Shown here piece by piece: positions 15,831-24,000 of a stretch of 24,000 nucleotides of DNA. Source of the stretch: Christensenellaceae bacterium (GTDB lineage: Bacteria; Bacillota; Clostridia; Christensenellales; CAG-138); assembly GCA_963665375.2 (NCBI GenBank), contig CAXXUL010000001.1, positions 613,938-637,937 on the forward strand, read 5' to 3'. Made by a program: the position numbers and the translations under genes. How positions within the stretch are numbered: the stretch's first letter is position 1; the number at the start of each line of letters is the position of its first letter. A model generated the notes under the pieces. That model had not been told where the DNA came from, searched no databases, and was given only the letters and a program-made list of their open reading frames with translations.

Positions 15831-17027
15831 ATGCGCATTTTTTGCACATCAGAGCGGCACGCAAACGGCGGCCCGGGTGAATTTATTCTTTCGCGCGCAG
15901 AAGATGCGCTGAACCATCTGCTTGACTCCTATCGGGGCCGCGTGCAGGTGGTCTATTTGGACCCGCCGTTTGGAACCGGAGACGTGTTTCACAGCAAAGT
16001 CGGCGCGGGTCATGCGCGGCTGTCGCTGCCGACGTATACGGACACGATGGAAGAATCCGCCTATCTCGATTGGATGCGGGTCATACTCTCTGGTGCGCGC
16101 GAGCTGCTCTGCGAGAGCGGGTCGCTATATCTGCACATCGACTATCGCATGAGCGCGAAACTCCGCTTGATGCTGGATGAGCTCTTCGGCGAACAAAACT
16201 TCATGAACGAAATCGTCTGGTGCTATAAATCCGGCGGTCGAGCGACGCGGTATTATCCGCGCAAGCACGACACGATTCTCTTCTATCGCAAGAGCGCAAA
16301 GGTGTTTTTTGACATCTCCGCTGTCGGTCGCCCGCGCGGGCCGGAGAAACGGAACCATATGCGCCGCTTTATCGACGAAGACGGGCGAATCTGCTTTACC
16401 ATCCGTTCGGCGGGAAAAATCTACACCTATTATGAGGACACACCGGTATACCCGAGCGACGTTTGGGACGACATCGAGCACCTGCAGCAGAAGGATACGG
16501 AGCGCGTCGGCTACGCCACGCAAAAGCCGGAGGCGCTGCTGGGTCGCGTCATTCTCGCGTCTTCCCGTCCCGGCGATCTCGTCTGCGATCTGTTTTCCGG
16601 CAGCGGGACAACGGCTGCCGCCGCAAGCAAGCTCGGCAGGCGGTTTCTCGCCGTGGACGCATCTCCCATCGCGCTCTATACGCTCCGTGCGCGCCAGCTC
16701 AAGGCGATGAGCGCAAAATCGTTTCTCGAAGGAGAAAACGAATTGTTGCTGTATTACCCGGCGGATGAAGCCCCCGCGCAGATTTCGGCAAAGATCGTAA
16801 ATCAGCGCGGAAAGCGGATGCTGCAGATCGATGAAGCGTCCTTCTCTCCCGCCTATCCGCTTGTCTATGCGGCCGCGGGAACCGTGTTGAGCGGCGTTTT
16901 CACGCCGGTTTCCACCGACTGCCGCCCAAAGATGCCTTTGTCTCTGCCCGTTGGTGAGATCGAGCATCCTGTTGCACAGATTGTGGACGCAGTCGGGCAC
17001 ACCGCGTTTTTTGAACTGGAATCATGA
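15831..17027 (+). CDS. Solitary site-specific DNA methyltransferase (beta-type motif order, likely N6-adenine)
   Basis: VQVVYLDPPFGTGDVF (catalytic motif IV) near the N-terminus, then DVWDDIEHLQQKDTERVGYATQKPEALL and GDLVCDLFSGSGTTAAAASKLGRRFLAVD (AdoMet motif) near the middle, plus an extra C-terminal region of about 110 aa. No restriction gene beside it. ATG 15831 or TTG 15825. Confidence 0.88.
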   Translation: MRIFCTSERHANGGPGEFILSRAEDALNHLLDSYRGRVQVVYLDPPFGTGDVFHSKVGAGHARLSLPTYTDTMEESAYLDWMRVILSGARELLCESGSLYLHIDYRMSAKLRLMLDELFGEQNFMNEIVWCYKSGGRATRYYPRKHDTILFYRKSAKVFFDISAVGRPRGPEKRNHMRRFIDEDGRICFTIRSAGKIYTYYEDTPVYPSDVWDDIEHLQQKDTERVGYATQKPEALLGRVILASSRPGDLVCDLFSGSGTTAAAASKLGRRFLAVDASPIALYTLRARQLKAMSAKSFLEGENELLLYYPADEAPAQISAKIVNQRGKRMLQIDEASFSPAYPLVYAAAGTVLSGVFTPVSTDCRPKMPLSLPVGEIEHPVAQIVDAVGHTAFFELES

Positions 17028-17052
17028 TAGAAATAGGATTGAGGAGCGACTG

Positions 17053-17424
17053 ATGAGAGACTGGATCAACGACTATTGCCGACAGATGCGTGCCACCGAA
17101 GAGGAGTATAAAGCCGCATGGAACGCGACGCTCTACCGCGTCGGCGGCAAGATATTCGTGATGCTCTGCGAATACAAAGATGGAAGACCGCTGCTAACCG
17201 TCAAATTGGAGCCCGCGTTTTCCGAAATTTTGCGTGCGCAATTTCCCGGAAACATCATCCCCGGCTACTACTCGGATAAAACGCATTGGAGTTCGCTGTT
17301 TCTCGATAGCAGCGTACCGGACGACGTCGCGCGCGCCATGCTGGACAACGCATATCAAACAACATTCGCAACGCTCACGAAAAAAATACAAGCACAGATT
17401 CTCGAACACTCGTCTGTTGAATGA
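17053..17424 (+). CDS. MmcQ/YjbR-like protein
   Basis: 123 aa from ATG 17053 with GAGGAG upstream: WNATLYRVGGKIFVMLCE...LTVKLEPAFSEILRAQFPGNIIPGYYSDKTHWSSLFLDSSVPDDVARAMLDNAY, matching the YjbR pattern. Confidence 0.75.
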   Translation: MRDWINDYCRQMRATEEEYKAAWNATLYRVGGKIFVMLCEYKDGRPLLTVKLEPAFSEILRAQFPGNIIPGYYSDKTHWSSLFLDSSVPDDVARAMLDNAYQTTFATLTKKIQAQILEHSSVE

Positions 17425-17437
17425 CTCTGTTATCTTA

Positions 17438-17507
17438 TCAATCGAGCGCAATTCTATCGAATAACGAGCGACTATTCCGTCTGATCAATAGAGCACAATT
17501 CTATCGA
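17438..17507. repeat. Tandem pair of 23-bp inverted-repeat-like sites
   Basis: TCAATCGAGCGCAATTCTATCGA (17438-17460) and TCAATAGAGCACAATTCTATCGA (17485-17507) differ at 2 positions. Each has 8-nt arms around a 7-nt spacer. Confidence 0.7.
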
Positions 17508-17610
17508 CAGTCTATTTTTCTGAAAGAGTTTTATAACGCTTCATGATAAGTTCACGTTTCATCAAAATGGAATATGGCAATCTGTTCAGCTTTTTAGTAT
17601 GATTTCATTG

Positions 17611-18741
17611 ATGGATAATATGACACAACAAACAGCGCCGAACGGCGCAGCCGCTGCCCCGAACGGGGAGAGCAAGAAGAGCAGTAAAAAGCTGCGTCTC
17701 ATCAGCACATTATTCATGTTGCTGTTGATCGCAGTTACGCTCTATATCATCTTCCGCGACACGTCGCTGACGAAGTTCTGGTCTTCTGTACAGTCGTCCG
17801 ACCCGCTCTGGCTGCTCGCGGCGCTGGGAGCAGCGGTCTTCGCCTCGCTGATGTTCGGCGTCGCGCTGCACTTGGCACTGCGCGTGCTTTATGGTAAACC
17901 GATCTCGCTAATGCGCAACATCGGCTTTGGCTACATCGGTCAATACTATACCGCGGTGACACCCGCGGGCGTAGCCGGGCAGCCAATGCAGCTCTACTAT
18001 ATGCTGGCGTACGGCGTAGAGGTTTCGTTTGCGTCGCTTGCGTTGCTGTTGGTCAACGCGGCGCATCAGCTCGTCGTGCTGTTGATTCCGACCGTGCTGT
18101 TTCCGTTTCGCGCGGGACTGATCCTCGAAAACCTCGGCGCGTTCCTCTGGCTGTTTATTCTGGGGTCGCTGATCAATATCGGACTCATCCTGTTCCTGCT
18201 CTTTGCGATGTTTTCCAAAAACTTCGCCGGGCGCATCGTTCACAAGGTGATTTCAATCTTGACCAAACTCCACATCGTGAAGCATCCGGAGCGGATTGAG
18301 AAGCGCGTTTCCGAACAGATCGCACTCTATCAGAAGGGCGCGGAGGTCTTCAAGACGCACAAGTGGCTGCTCTTCGGCGAGCTGTTCTCCTACATCCTGC
18401 TGCTTGGGTCCCAGTTTGTGATTCCATATTTTATCTACCGCGCGTTCCACCTTACGGCGTTTGGCATGATCGATTTCATCGCGCTGCAGTCGGTGCTCTA
18501 CCTCGCGGTATGTTTCCTGCCGATTCCGGGTTCAGCCGGCGCGAGCGAAAGCGGTTTTGTCCAGCTTTTCCGGGTACTGTTTCAGAGTGCGCTCATCGTC
18601 CCCGCGATGCTGCTCAGCCGCGTTGCCAGCTTCTACTTCATCCTGATTCTCAGCGGTGCGGTTTCGCTCGCCATGCAGCTCGTGCTCTCCTATCGAAAGA
18701 AGCATCAGCCAAAGTTAATCGAGCCGTATGTCATCGAATAA
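17611..18741 (+). CDS. Flippase-like / lysylphosphatidylglycerol synthase transmembrane family protein (YbhN/MprF-N-like)
   Basis: 376 aa polytopic membrane protein; IGFGYIGQYYTAVTPAGVAGQPMQLYYM and CFLPIPGSAGASESGFVQLF match the signature regions of the LPG_synthase_TM family. Soluble C-terminal synthase domain absent. Confidence 0.82.
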   Translation: MDNMTQQTAPNGAAAAPNGESKKSSKKLRLISTLFMLLLIAVTLYIIFRDTSLTKFWSSVQSSDPLWLLAALGAAVFASLMFGVALHLALRVLYGKPISLMRNIGFGYIGQYYTAVTPAGVAGQPMQLYYMLAYGVEVSFASLALLLVNAAHQLVVLLIPTVLFPFRAGLILENLGAFLWLFILGSLINIGLILFLLFAMFSKNFAGRIVHKVISILTKLHIVKHPERIEKRVSEQIALYQKGAEVFKTHKWLLFGELFSYILLLGSQFVIPYFIYRAFHLTAFGMIDFIALQSVLYLAVCFLPIPGSAGASESGFVQLFRVLFQSALIVPAMLLSRVASFYFILILSGAVSLAMQLVLSYRKKHQPKLIEPYVIE

Positions 18742-18774
18742 CTTCGCTTCTCCAATTATAATCCAATTACAATC

Positions 18775-18812
18775 AAAACAGCCTCCCGGACATGCGTTCA
18801 GGAGGCTGCTTT
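18775..18812. terminator. Rho-independent terminator between dnaJ and the flippase-like gene (convergent ends)
   Basis: CAGCCTCC (18779-18786) pairs with GGAGGCTG (18801-18808). TTTT follows on the minus strand and CTTT on the plus strand. Confidence 0.8.
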
Positions 18813-18844
18813 ATACGTTTACACCGATATATGGCGAAGATCGC

Positions 18845-19975
18845 TTAAAACCGTTTCTTCTTGCTCGATCGTACTTCGCCGTTTTCGCCAAGCGTCTCCG
18901 CGAGCTGCTCAAGCAGTCTTCTCTGCTCATCCGTCAGGTGCTTGGGCACCTCAACGTTTACGGTAACGAGCAAATCGCCCTTACCACTCGCGTTAAGCCG
19001 CTGGATGCCCTGCTCACGAAGCCGATAGGTAGAACCCGTCTGCGTTCCCGCGGGAATTTGATACTTCACGCTTTCCTTCAGCGTCGGTACCGTGAGGCTT
19101 CCGCCCAGCGCCGCCATGGTGTAGGTTATCGGCATTTGCAGGTAGAGGTCAAATCCCTTCCTCGTGAACTGCTTGTGAGAGCGTACGCTGATGGTCACGT
19201 ACAGGTCTCCGTTCGGCCCGCCTCTGTGCCCTGCGCTGCCCATGCCGCGCAGGCAGAGGCTCTGGCCATTGTCGATCCCCGCGGGAATCTTCACCGTCTT
19301 TTTCAGATTCTTGCGAACACGTCCGGAACCGCGGCAATCCGCACATGGGTCCGCGATCACTTTACCGGTACCTTTGCAGGCCGTGCAGGGCCGCGTTGAC
19401 GTAAATGAGCCGAGAATCGTGCTCTGCTGTGTGCGAACTTGTCCCGTACCGCCGCATGTCTTGCAGGTGACCGGTTCGGTGCCGGGTTTCGCGCCGGAAC
19501 CATGACATGTTTCGCAGGTTTCCTCGCGCGGAATCGTGATCTCTTTTTCGACCCCAAACGCCGCTTCTTCAAACGAAATCGTGAGGTTATAGCGTAGATC
19601 GTCTCCCGGGATCGGGCCGTTGCGCGTCTGTCCGCCGCCAAAACCGCCGAACCCACCGCCAAACATCTGGCCCAGAATATCGCCAAAATCGCCAAAGCCG
19701 CCAAATCCCGCGCCGCCGCTGAACGGATCCTGTCCGCCCATGCTGGGATCGAAAGCCGCGTGACCGTACTGGTCGTATTTGGCGCGCTTGTCCGCGTCGG
19801 AGAGAATCTCCGCAGCTTCGTTCAGTTCCTTAAACTCCGCTTCCTTGGCCTTGTCGCCAGGATGCAAATCGGGGTGGCACTCCTTCGCTTTTTTACGGAA
19901 CGCGCTTTTGATTTCGCTCTCCGTTGCGGTCTTACTCACACCCAGTATTTCGTAATAATCGCGTTTTTCTGCCAA
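18845..19975 (-). CDS. dnaJ: Chaperone protein DnaJ
   Basis: DYYEILGVSKTATESEIKSAFRKKAKECHPDLHPGD; G/F-rich region; four zinc motifs CETCHGSG, CKTCGGTG, CTACKGTG, CADCRGSG. Confidence 0.98.
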   Translation of the reverse strand: MAEKRDYYEILGVSKTATESEIKSAFRKKAKECHPDLHPGDKAKEAEFKELNEAAEILSDADKRAKYDQYGHAAFDPSMGGQDPFSGGAGFGGFGDFGDILGQMFGGGFGGFGGGQTRNGPIPGDDLRYNLTISFEEAAFGVEKEITIPREETCETCHGSGAKPGTEPVTCKTCGGTGQVRTQQSTILGSFTSTRPCTACKGTGKVIADPCADCRGSGRVRKNLKKTVKIPAGIDNGQSLCLRGMGSAGHRGGPNGDLYVTISVRSHKQFTRKGFDLYLQMPITYTMAALGGSLTVPTLKESVKYQIPAGTQTGSTYRLREQGIQRLNASGKGDLLVTVNVEVPKHLTDEQRRLLEQLAETLGENGEVRSSKKKRF

Positions 19976-20058
19976 CGCCCGTCACCTCTCTGCCGAAAGC
20001 GCATTTTGATCGTTCGCTTTCCGTTTCAACTATTTTGAATCGATGATGATTCCGACAA

Positions 20059-20086
20059 GGAGGCGCAAGCCTTTTGTTGCGCCTCC
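20059..20086. other. Hairpin in the dnaK-dnaJ intergenic region
   Basis: Perfect 10-bp arms GGAGGCGCAA (20059-20068) / TTGCGCCTCC (20077-20086) with an 8-nt loop, and no U-run on the minus strand. Confidence 0.75.
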
Positions 20087-20122
20087 CTGTTGTTATGATA
20101 TTGATTTTTTTCGTTCTGTCAA

Positions 20123-21973
20123 TTACTTGTTGTCGTCGACAACTTCGTAATCCGCGTCCACTACGTCGTCCTTGCCCTGATTGCCGGCATCGGAGTAGCC
20201 GCCCTGCGCGCCTGCGTCATATTCCGCGCCGCCCGCCTGCTGCTGCGCCTGCTCATAGACTTTGCCAAACACACTGTAGCTGACTTCGGTGAGCTTTTCC
20301 GTCGCGGTCTTGATCATCTCCATGTCGCCGCCTTCCAGCGTCTTCTTGAGGTCGGCAATCGATTTCTCGATCTGATCTTTGCCGGAGGCGTCGATCTTGT
20401 CGCCCATCTCTTTCAGGCTGCGCTCGGTGGTGTAGATCAGTTGATCAGCGTGGTTCCTCGTCTCGACCTCGTCCTTGCGCTTCTTATCTTCGTCCGCGAA
20501 TTTCTCCGCTTCGTTGACCGCGCGTTTGATTTCGTCCTCGTTGAGGTTCGTAGAAGCCGTGATGGTCACGTTCTGCTGGTTGCCCGTGCCGAGGTCTTTT
20601 GCGGAAACATGCACGATGCCGTTTGCGTCGATATCGAAGGAAACCTCAATCTGCGGTACGCCGCGCGGTGCCGGCGCGATGCCGGTGAGCTGGAAGCGGC
20701 CCAGGGTCTTATTGCCCTGTACCATTCCGCGCTCGCCCTGGAGCACGTGGACTTCTACGCTGGTCTGTCCATCCGCCGCAGTGGAGAAGATTTGGCTCTT
20801 CTTCGTGGGGATGGTGGTGTTGCGCTCAATGAGCTTCGTGAACACGCCGCCAACGGTCTCAATGCCGAGGGAAAGCGGAGTGACGTCCAGAAGCAGGATG
20901 TCCTTGACTTCGCCGCCGAGCACACCGCCCTGAATCGCGGCTCCGATGGCGACGCATTCATCCGGGTTGATGCCCTTGAATGGGTCTTTGCCGGTGACCT
21001 TCTTGACCATATCCTGCACCACCGGGATACGGGACGAACCGCCGACGAGGATGACCTTGTCCACCTGAGAGGCGGAGAGTCCCGCGTCGCTCAAGCACTT
21101 CTGCATGAGGGTTCTGGTCTGCTCCACATAGTCGTTGATCAGCTCGTTGAACTTCGCACGGGTGATGGTGATATCAAGGTGCTTCGGTCCCGACTTGTCC
21201 ATCGTGATAAACGGCAGGTTGATCGTGGTCTGCGCAACGCCGGATAGGTCGATCTTCGCTTTTTCTGCGGCTTCTTTCAAGCGCTGAAGCGCCATCTTGT
21301 CCTGTCTCAGGTCAATGCCGCTGCTCTTCTTAAAGTCGTCGGCGATGTAATCCATGATCAGTTGATCAAAGTCGTCGCCGCCGAGACGGTTGTTGCCCGC
21401 GGTTGCGAGAACCTGGAACACGCCGTCGCCAATCTCGAGGATCGAGACGTCAAACGTACCGCCGCCGAGGTCGTAAACCAGAATCTTCTGGTTGTTTTCT
21501 TTATCCATGCCGTAGGCGAGCGCTGCCGCCGTCGGCTCATTGATGATGCGCAGGACTTCGAGTCCCGCAATGCGCCCCGCGTCCTTCGTCGCCTGGCGCT
21601 GGCTGTCCGTAAAATACGCCGGAACGGTAATGACCGCCTGCGTCACGGTTTCGCCTAGATACGCTTCCGCGTCGGTCTTGAGTTTTTGCAGAATCATCGC
21701 GGAGATTTCCTGCGGGGTGTAGTCTTTACCCTCGATATGCACCTTGCGGGAAGAACCCATGTCGCGCTTGATCGACGCAATGGTGCGGTCGGGGTTGGTG
21801 ATGGCCTGGCGCTTTGCAATGTTGCCTACCATGCGCTCACCGTCTTTAAACGCAACCACGGATGGCGTGGTGCGCATGCCTTCGGAATTCGGGATGACGA
21901 CCGGTTCGCCGCCTTCCAGGAAAGCGACGCAAGAGTTCGTTGTGCCGAGGTCGATGCCAATAATTTTACCCAT
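20123..21973 (-). CDS. dnaK: Chaperone protein DnaK
   Basis: 616 aa: [106 protein letters not shown]. Confidence 0.99.
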   Translation of the reverse strand: MGKIIGIDLGTTNSCVAFLEGGEPVVIPNSEGMRTTPSVVAFKDGERMVGNIAKRQAITNPDRTIASIKRDMGSSRKVHIEGKDYTPQEISAMILQKLKTDAEAYLGETVTQAVITVPAYFTDSQRQATKDAGRIAGLEVLRIINEPTAAALAYGMDKENNQKILVYDLGGGTFDVSILEIGDGVFQVLATAGNNRLGGDDFDQLIMDYIADDFKKSSGIDLRQDKMALQRLKEAAEKAKIDLSGVAQTTINLPFITMDKSGPKHLDITITRAKFNELINDYVEQTRTLMQKCLSDAGLSASQVDKVILVGGSSRIPVVQDMVKKVTGKDPFKGINPDECVAIGAAIQGGVLGGEVKDILLLDVTPLSLGIETVGGVFTKLIERNTTIPTKKSQIFSTAADGQTSVEVHVLQGERGMVQGNKTLGRFQLTGIAPAPRGVPQIEVSFDIDANGIVHVSAKDLGTGNQQNVTITASTNLNEDEIKRAVNEAEKFADEDKKRKDEVETRNHADQLIYTTERSLKEMGDKIDASGKDQIEKSIADLKKTLEGGDMEMIKTATEKLTEVSYSVFGKVYEQAQQQAGGAEYDAGAQGGYSDAGNQGKDDVVDADYEVVDDNK

Positions 21974-22081
21974 AAATCATATCCTCCAAGTATTCTATCA
22001 ATATATATTTCAAATTTTAAATTGAAATCTAAAATTCCAATTTCATACTGTTTGTTTCAACTTTCGCTTGAAACAAAATTC

Positions 22082-22669
22082 TTACTCCGCGACTTTTACC
22101 ATGCAGTGACGGATGACGCGGTCTCCCATGCGATACCCTTTTTGGAAGACAACCACGATATCGCCGCTTTCTTTGCCGTCCACTTTTTCTTTCATGACGG
22201 CTTCGTGCTTGGTGGGATCAAATTTGCAGTCGTCTTCGATCTCTTCCAAACCGAGTTTCTTCAGCGAATCGAGCATCTGGCGCTGCACCATCGCGATACC
22301 TTCGCGCAGGCTTGCGTTCTCTTCTGGGATTGCGTCCAGCGCACGCTCAAGATTGTCCAACGCGGGAAGGAGTTCCTTTACCGTGTCGCGCTTTCCCTCT
22401 TCATAACTATCGAGTCGAATGCTAGCGTTTCTGCGGCGGAAGTTATCGAAATCCGCCTGAATCCGCTGCAGAAGATTGACCGTTTCATCCTTCTCTTTTG
22501 TGATCGCTTCAATATGCGCTTTTGCCGCGGTAAATTCTTCCGCCGTGAGCGTATAGGATTCCTGTTCCGTCGCGGATTCTTCCACTACGGTCGATTCGGT
22601 CTTGGCGGTCTCTTCATCCGTCTTCATCTTCGAATCGACGGGTTCTTTTTTGTCAGTCTTCTTGGTCAA
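22082..22669 (-). CDS. grpE: Nucleotide exchange factor GrpE
   Basis: LLQRIQADFDNFRRR, ELLPALDNLERAL, FDPTKHEAVM, IVVVFQKGYRMGDRVIRHCMVKVA. A TTG start at 22669 is supported by AAGGAG about 9 nt upstream; the ORF is open to 22735. Confidence 0.94.
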   Translation of the reverse strand: MTKKTDKKEPVDSKMKTDEETAKTESTVVEESATEQESYTLTAEEFTAAKAHIEAITKEKDETVNLLQRIQADFDNFRRRNASIRLDSYEEGKRDTVKELLPALDNLERALDAIPEENASLREGIAMVQRQMLDSLKKLGLEEIEDDCKFDPTKHEAVMKEKVDGKESGDIVVVFQKGYRMGDRVIRHCMVKVAE

Positions 22670-22750
22670 TGTTCCAGTCTCCTTGTTCGTTCTCGCCCGG
22701 CGCAATTCGTCGGGTTTTTCTATGCAATCCTGCAAATCTGTTTGTATTGC

Positions 22751-23785
22751 TTATTCATCGTCCTGATCCGCGCTGAGCATCTCCGAGAGACTCATTCGCA
22801 TATACTCCAGAACGGAGATTACCTTGCTGTAGTTCATGCGCGTAGGGCCTATGATTCCGAAGGATCCAAGCGGCTCGTCGCCAACCTGATACGTCGCGGT
22901 CACGATACTGCAATCCTTAAACATCTCGTCCTGGTTCTCATTGCCAATCGTGATGGAAAACTCCAGCTTACTTGCACGCTTGAGCATCTCATAGAACATG
23001 CTTCTGCCTTCTACCGCGGCTAAAAACGTCTTTGCTTTGTTGACGTCGCTGTATTCAGGATAATGCAGCATGTTGGTCGCGCCCGAAAGCTGTACATTCG
23101 GAGATTCCGGCGCCATCTTGCGCTCGATGGCTTCCACCACGGAGCAGAGAAACGCGCGCCTCTCGTAGAGCTCTCCGCTCATTTCATGCGCGATGAGATC
23201 CCCGATTTGATCCATACGGCAATCGTAAAACCGCTCGGTCAAAAGCCTCGAGATGCGCTCCAACTCGTCGGTTCGGATCTCTTCCGGCACGCGGATGATC
23301 GCGTCTCTGGCAAATCCCGCCGTGGTCACGATGACCACGAGCGCGCGCCCTTCGCGCAGGGGAACGAGTTGAATATGGCGAAGCCTGTTTGCGGCGAGCG
23401 TCGGCGACATGACCATCGCGGTATAGTTGGTCACCGCGGAGAGCGCCTGCGCTGTTTGCTTCATAACGGACTCGACCTCGTCGATCTTCGAGCTCATATG
23501 TGCGCGGATGATCTTGATCTCGTCGTCGCTCAGGGCCGCTTTCTGCATCATCTGATCGACGTAGAGCCGATACGCCTTGTCCGAAGGAACGCGTCCCGCG
23601 GAGGTGTGCGGCTGCTCCAGATAGCCCAACTCTTCGAGATCCGCCATCTCGTTGCGGATGGTTGCGCTCGAGAGGTTGAACTCCTCATGCTTGCTGATGG
23701 CGCGGGAGCCGACCGGAGACGCGGACATGATGTATTCGTCGATAATCGCTTTCAGAATGCCAAGTTTTCTGGCGTCCAGTTCCAT
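22751..23785 (-). CDS. hrcA: Heat-inducible transcription repressor HrcA
   Basis: 344 aa from ATG 23785: LDARKLGILKAIIDEYIMSASPVGSRAISKHEEFNLSSATIRNEMADLEELGYLEQPHTSAGRVPSDKAYRLYVD; C-terminal GIIGPTRMNYSKVISVLEYM. Confidence 0.97.
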   Translation of the reverse strand: MELDARKLGILKAIIDEYIMSASPVGSRAISKHEEFNLSSATIRNEMADLEELGYLEQPHTSAGRVPSDKAYRLYVDQMMQKAALSDDEIKIIRAHMSSKIDEVESVMKQTAQALSAVTNYTAMVMSPTLAANRLRHIQLVPLREGRALVVIVTTAGFARDAIIRVPEEIRTDELERISRLLTERFYDCRMDQIGDLIAHEMSGELYERRAFLCSVVEAIERKMAPESPNVQLSGATNMLHYPEYSDVNKAKTFLAAVEGRSMFYEMLKRASKLEFSITIGNENQDEMFKDCSIVTATYQVGDEPLGSFGIIGPTRMNYSKVISVLEYMRMSLSEMLSADQDDE

Positions 23786-23860
23786 GTTCCGCCGCCTCCT
23801 TTCATAAAAAACTTCGCGGTAAGTCGTGCTGCAACAGCTTGACAAACCGGAATTTTGTTG

Positions 23861-23887
23861 TTAGCACTCTATTTTGTCGAGTGCTAA
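23861..23887. promoter_or_regulatory. CIRCE element (HrcA operator)
   Basis: TTAGCACTC-TATTTTGTC-GAGTGCTAA, a perfect 9-9-9 match to the CIRCE consensus upstream of hrcA. Confidence 0.98.
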
Positions 23888-23898
23888 CCCATGAGAAA

Positions 23899-23927
23899 AA
23901 TTTAGCACTTACGCGATTTGGTGTCAA
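23899..23927 (-). promoter_or_regulatory. Promoter of the hrcA-grpE-dnaK-dnaJ operon
   Basis: Minus strand TTGACA (23927-23922) - 17 nt - TAAATT (23904-23899), directly upstream of CIRCE. Confidence 0.8.
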
Positions 23928-23936
23928 GTAAGTGCT
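23904..23936. promoter_or_regulatory. CIRCE-like inverted repeat bracketing the hrcA -35 box
   Basis: AGCACTTAC (23904-23912) / GTAAGTGCT (23928-23936), perfect 9-bp arms with a 15-nt spacer. Confidence 0.6.
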
Positions 23937-24000
23937 GTATCAAAAATGTGACATTCCAGTGAATTCACCCCAAAGGGTAAAATCGCGATCAAAAACGGGT

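Noticed and set aside
16125-17000. 291 aa minus-strand ORF antisense to the methyltransferase
   Set aside because: The sense ORF contains clear DPPF and FSGSGTT motifs. The antisense product looks random.
20441-21247. 268 aa plus-strand ORF antisense to dnaK
   Set aside because: Shadow ORF of dnaK codon bias, with no domain pattern.
21686-23023. 445 aa plus-strand ORF spanning antisense to dnaK start, grpE and hrcA
   Set aside because: It lies opposite three unambiguous conserved genes. Composition is typical of antisense shadow ORFs (rich in H, R, F, L), with no recognisable motif. Long antisense ORFs over dnaK are a known artefact.
1-24000. CRISPR arrays, tRNA/rRNA genes, transposases, prophage or integrase sites
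   Set aside because: No regularly spaced repeats, recognisable RNA genes or mobile-element proteins were seen by eye on either strand. A tool scan (CRISPR finder, tRNAscan-SE, Infernal) would be needed for certainty.

Overview
This window is mostly a conserved Firmicutes (Clostridia-like) housekeeping region. From left to right it contains: a partial P-loop protein; punA-deoB; a spo0A-recN-argR-nadK-tlyA-dxs-ispA-xseB-xseA-(TsaD-like)-nusB-DUF2273-amaP-asp23 cluster on the minus strand; a four-gene plus-strand island (GntR/FCD regulator, solitary DNA methyltransferase, YjbR/MmcQ-like protein, LPG-synthase/flippase-like membrane protein); and the hrcA-grpE-dnaK-dnaJ heat-shock operon on the minus strand. 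I found no CRISPR array, tRNA, rRNA or mobile element. I see no strong evidence for a new multi-gene system. The most useful leads are: a Spo0A homologue whose receiver lacks the acidic metal-binding pair, next to a recN locus with no spoIVB; a perfect 19-bp palindrome over the predicted start region of deoB-punA; TTTGT/ACAAA operators before the GntR gene; tandem 23-bp inverted-repeat sites before the flippase-like gene; a promoter-bracketing inverted repeat that resembles a stretched CIRCE upstream of the canonical CIRCE; and TTG starts with strong Shine-Dalgarno sites. All family names come from my own reading of motifs. No searches were run.
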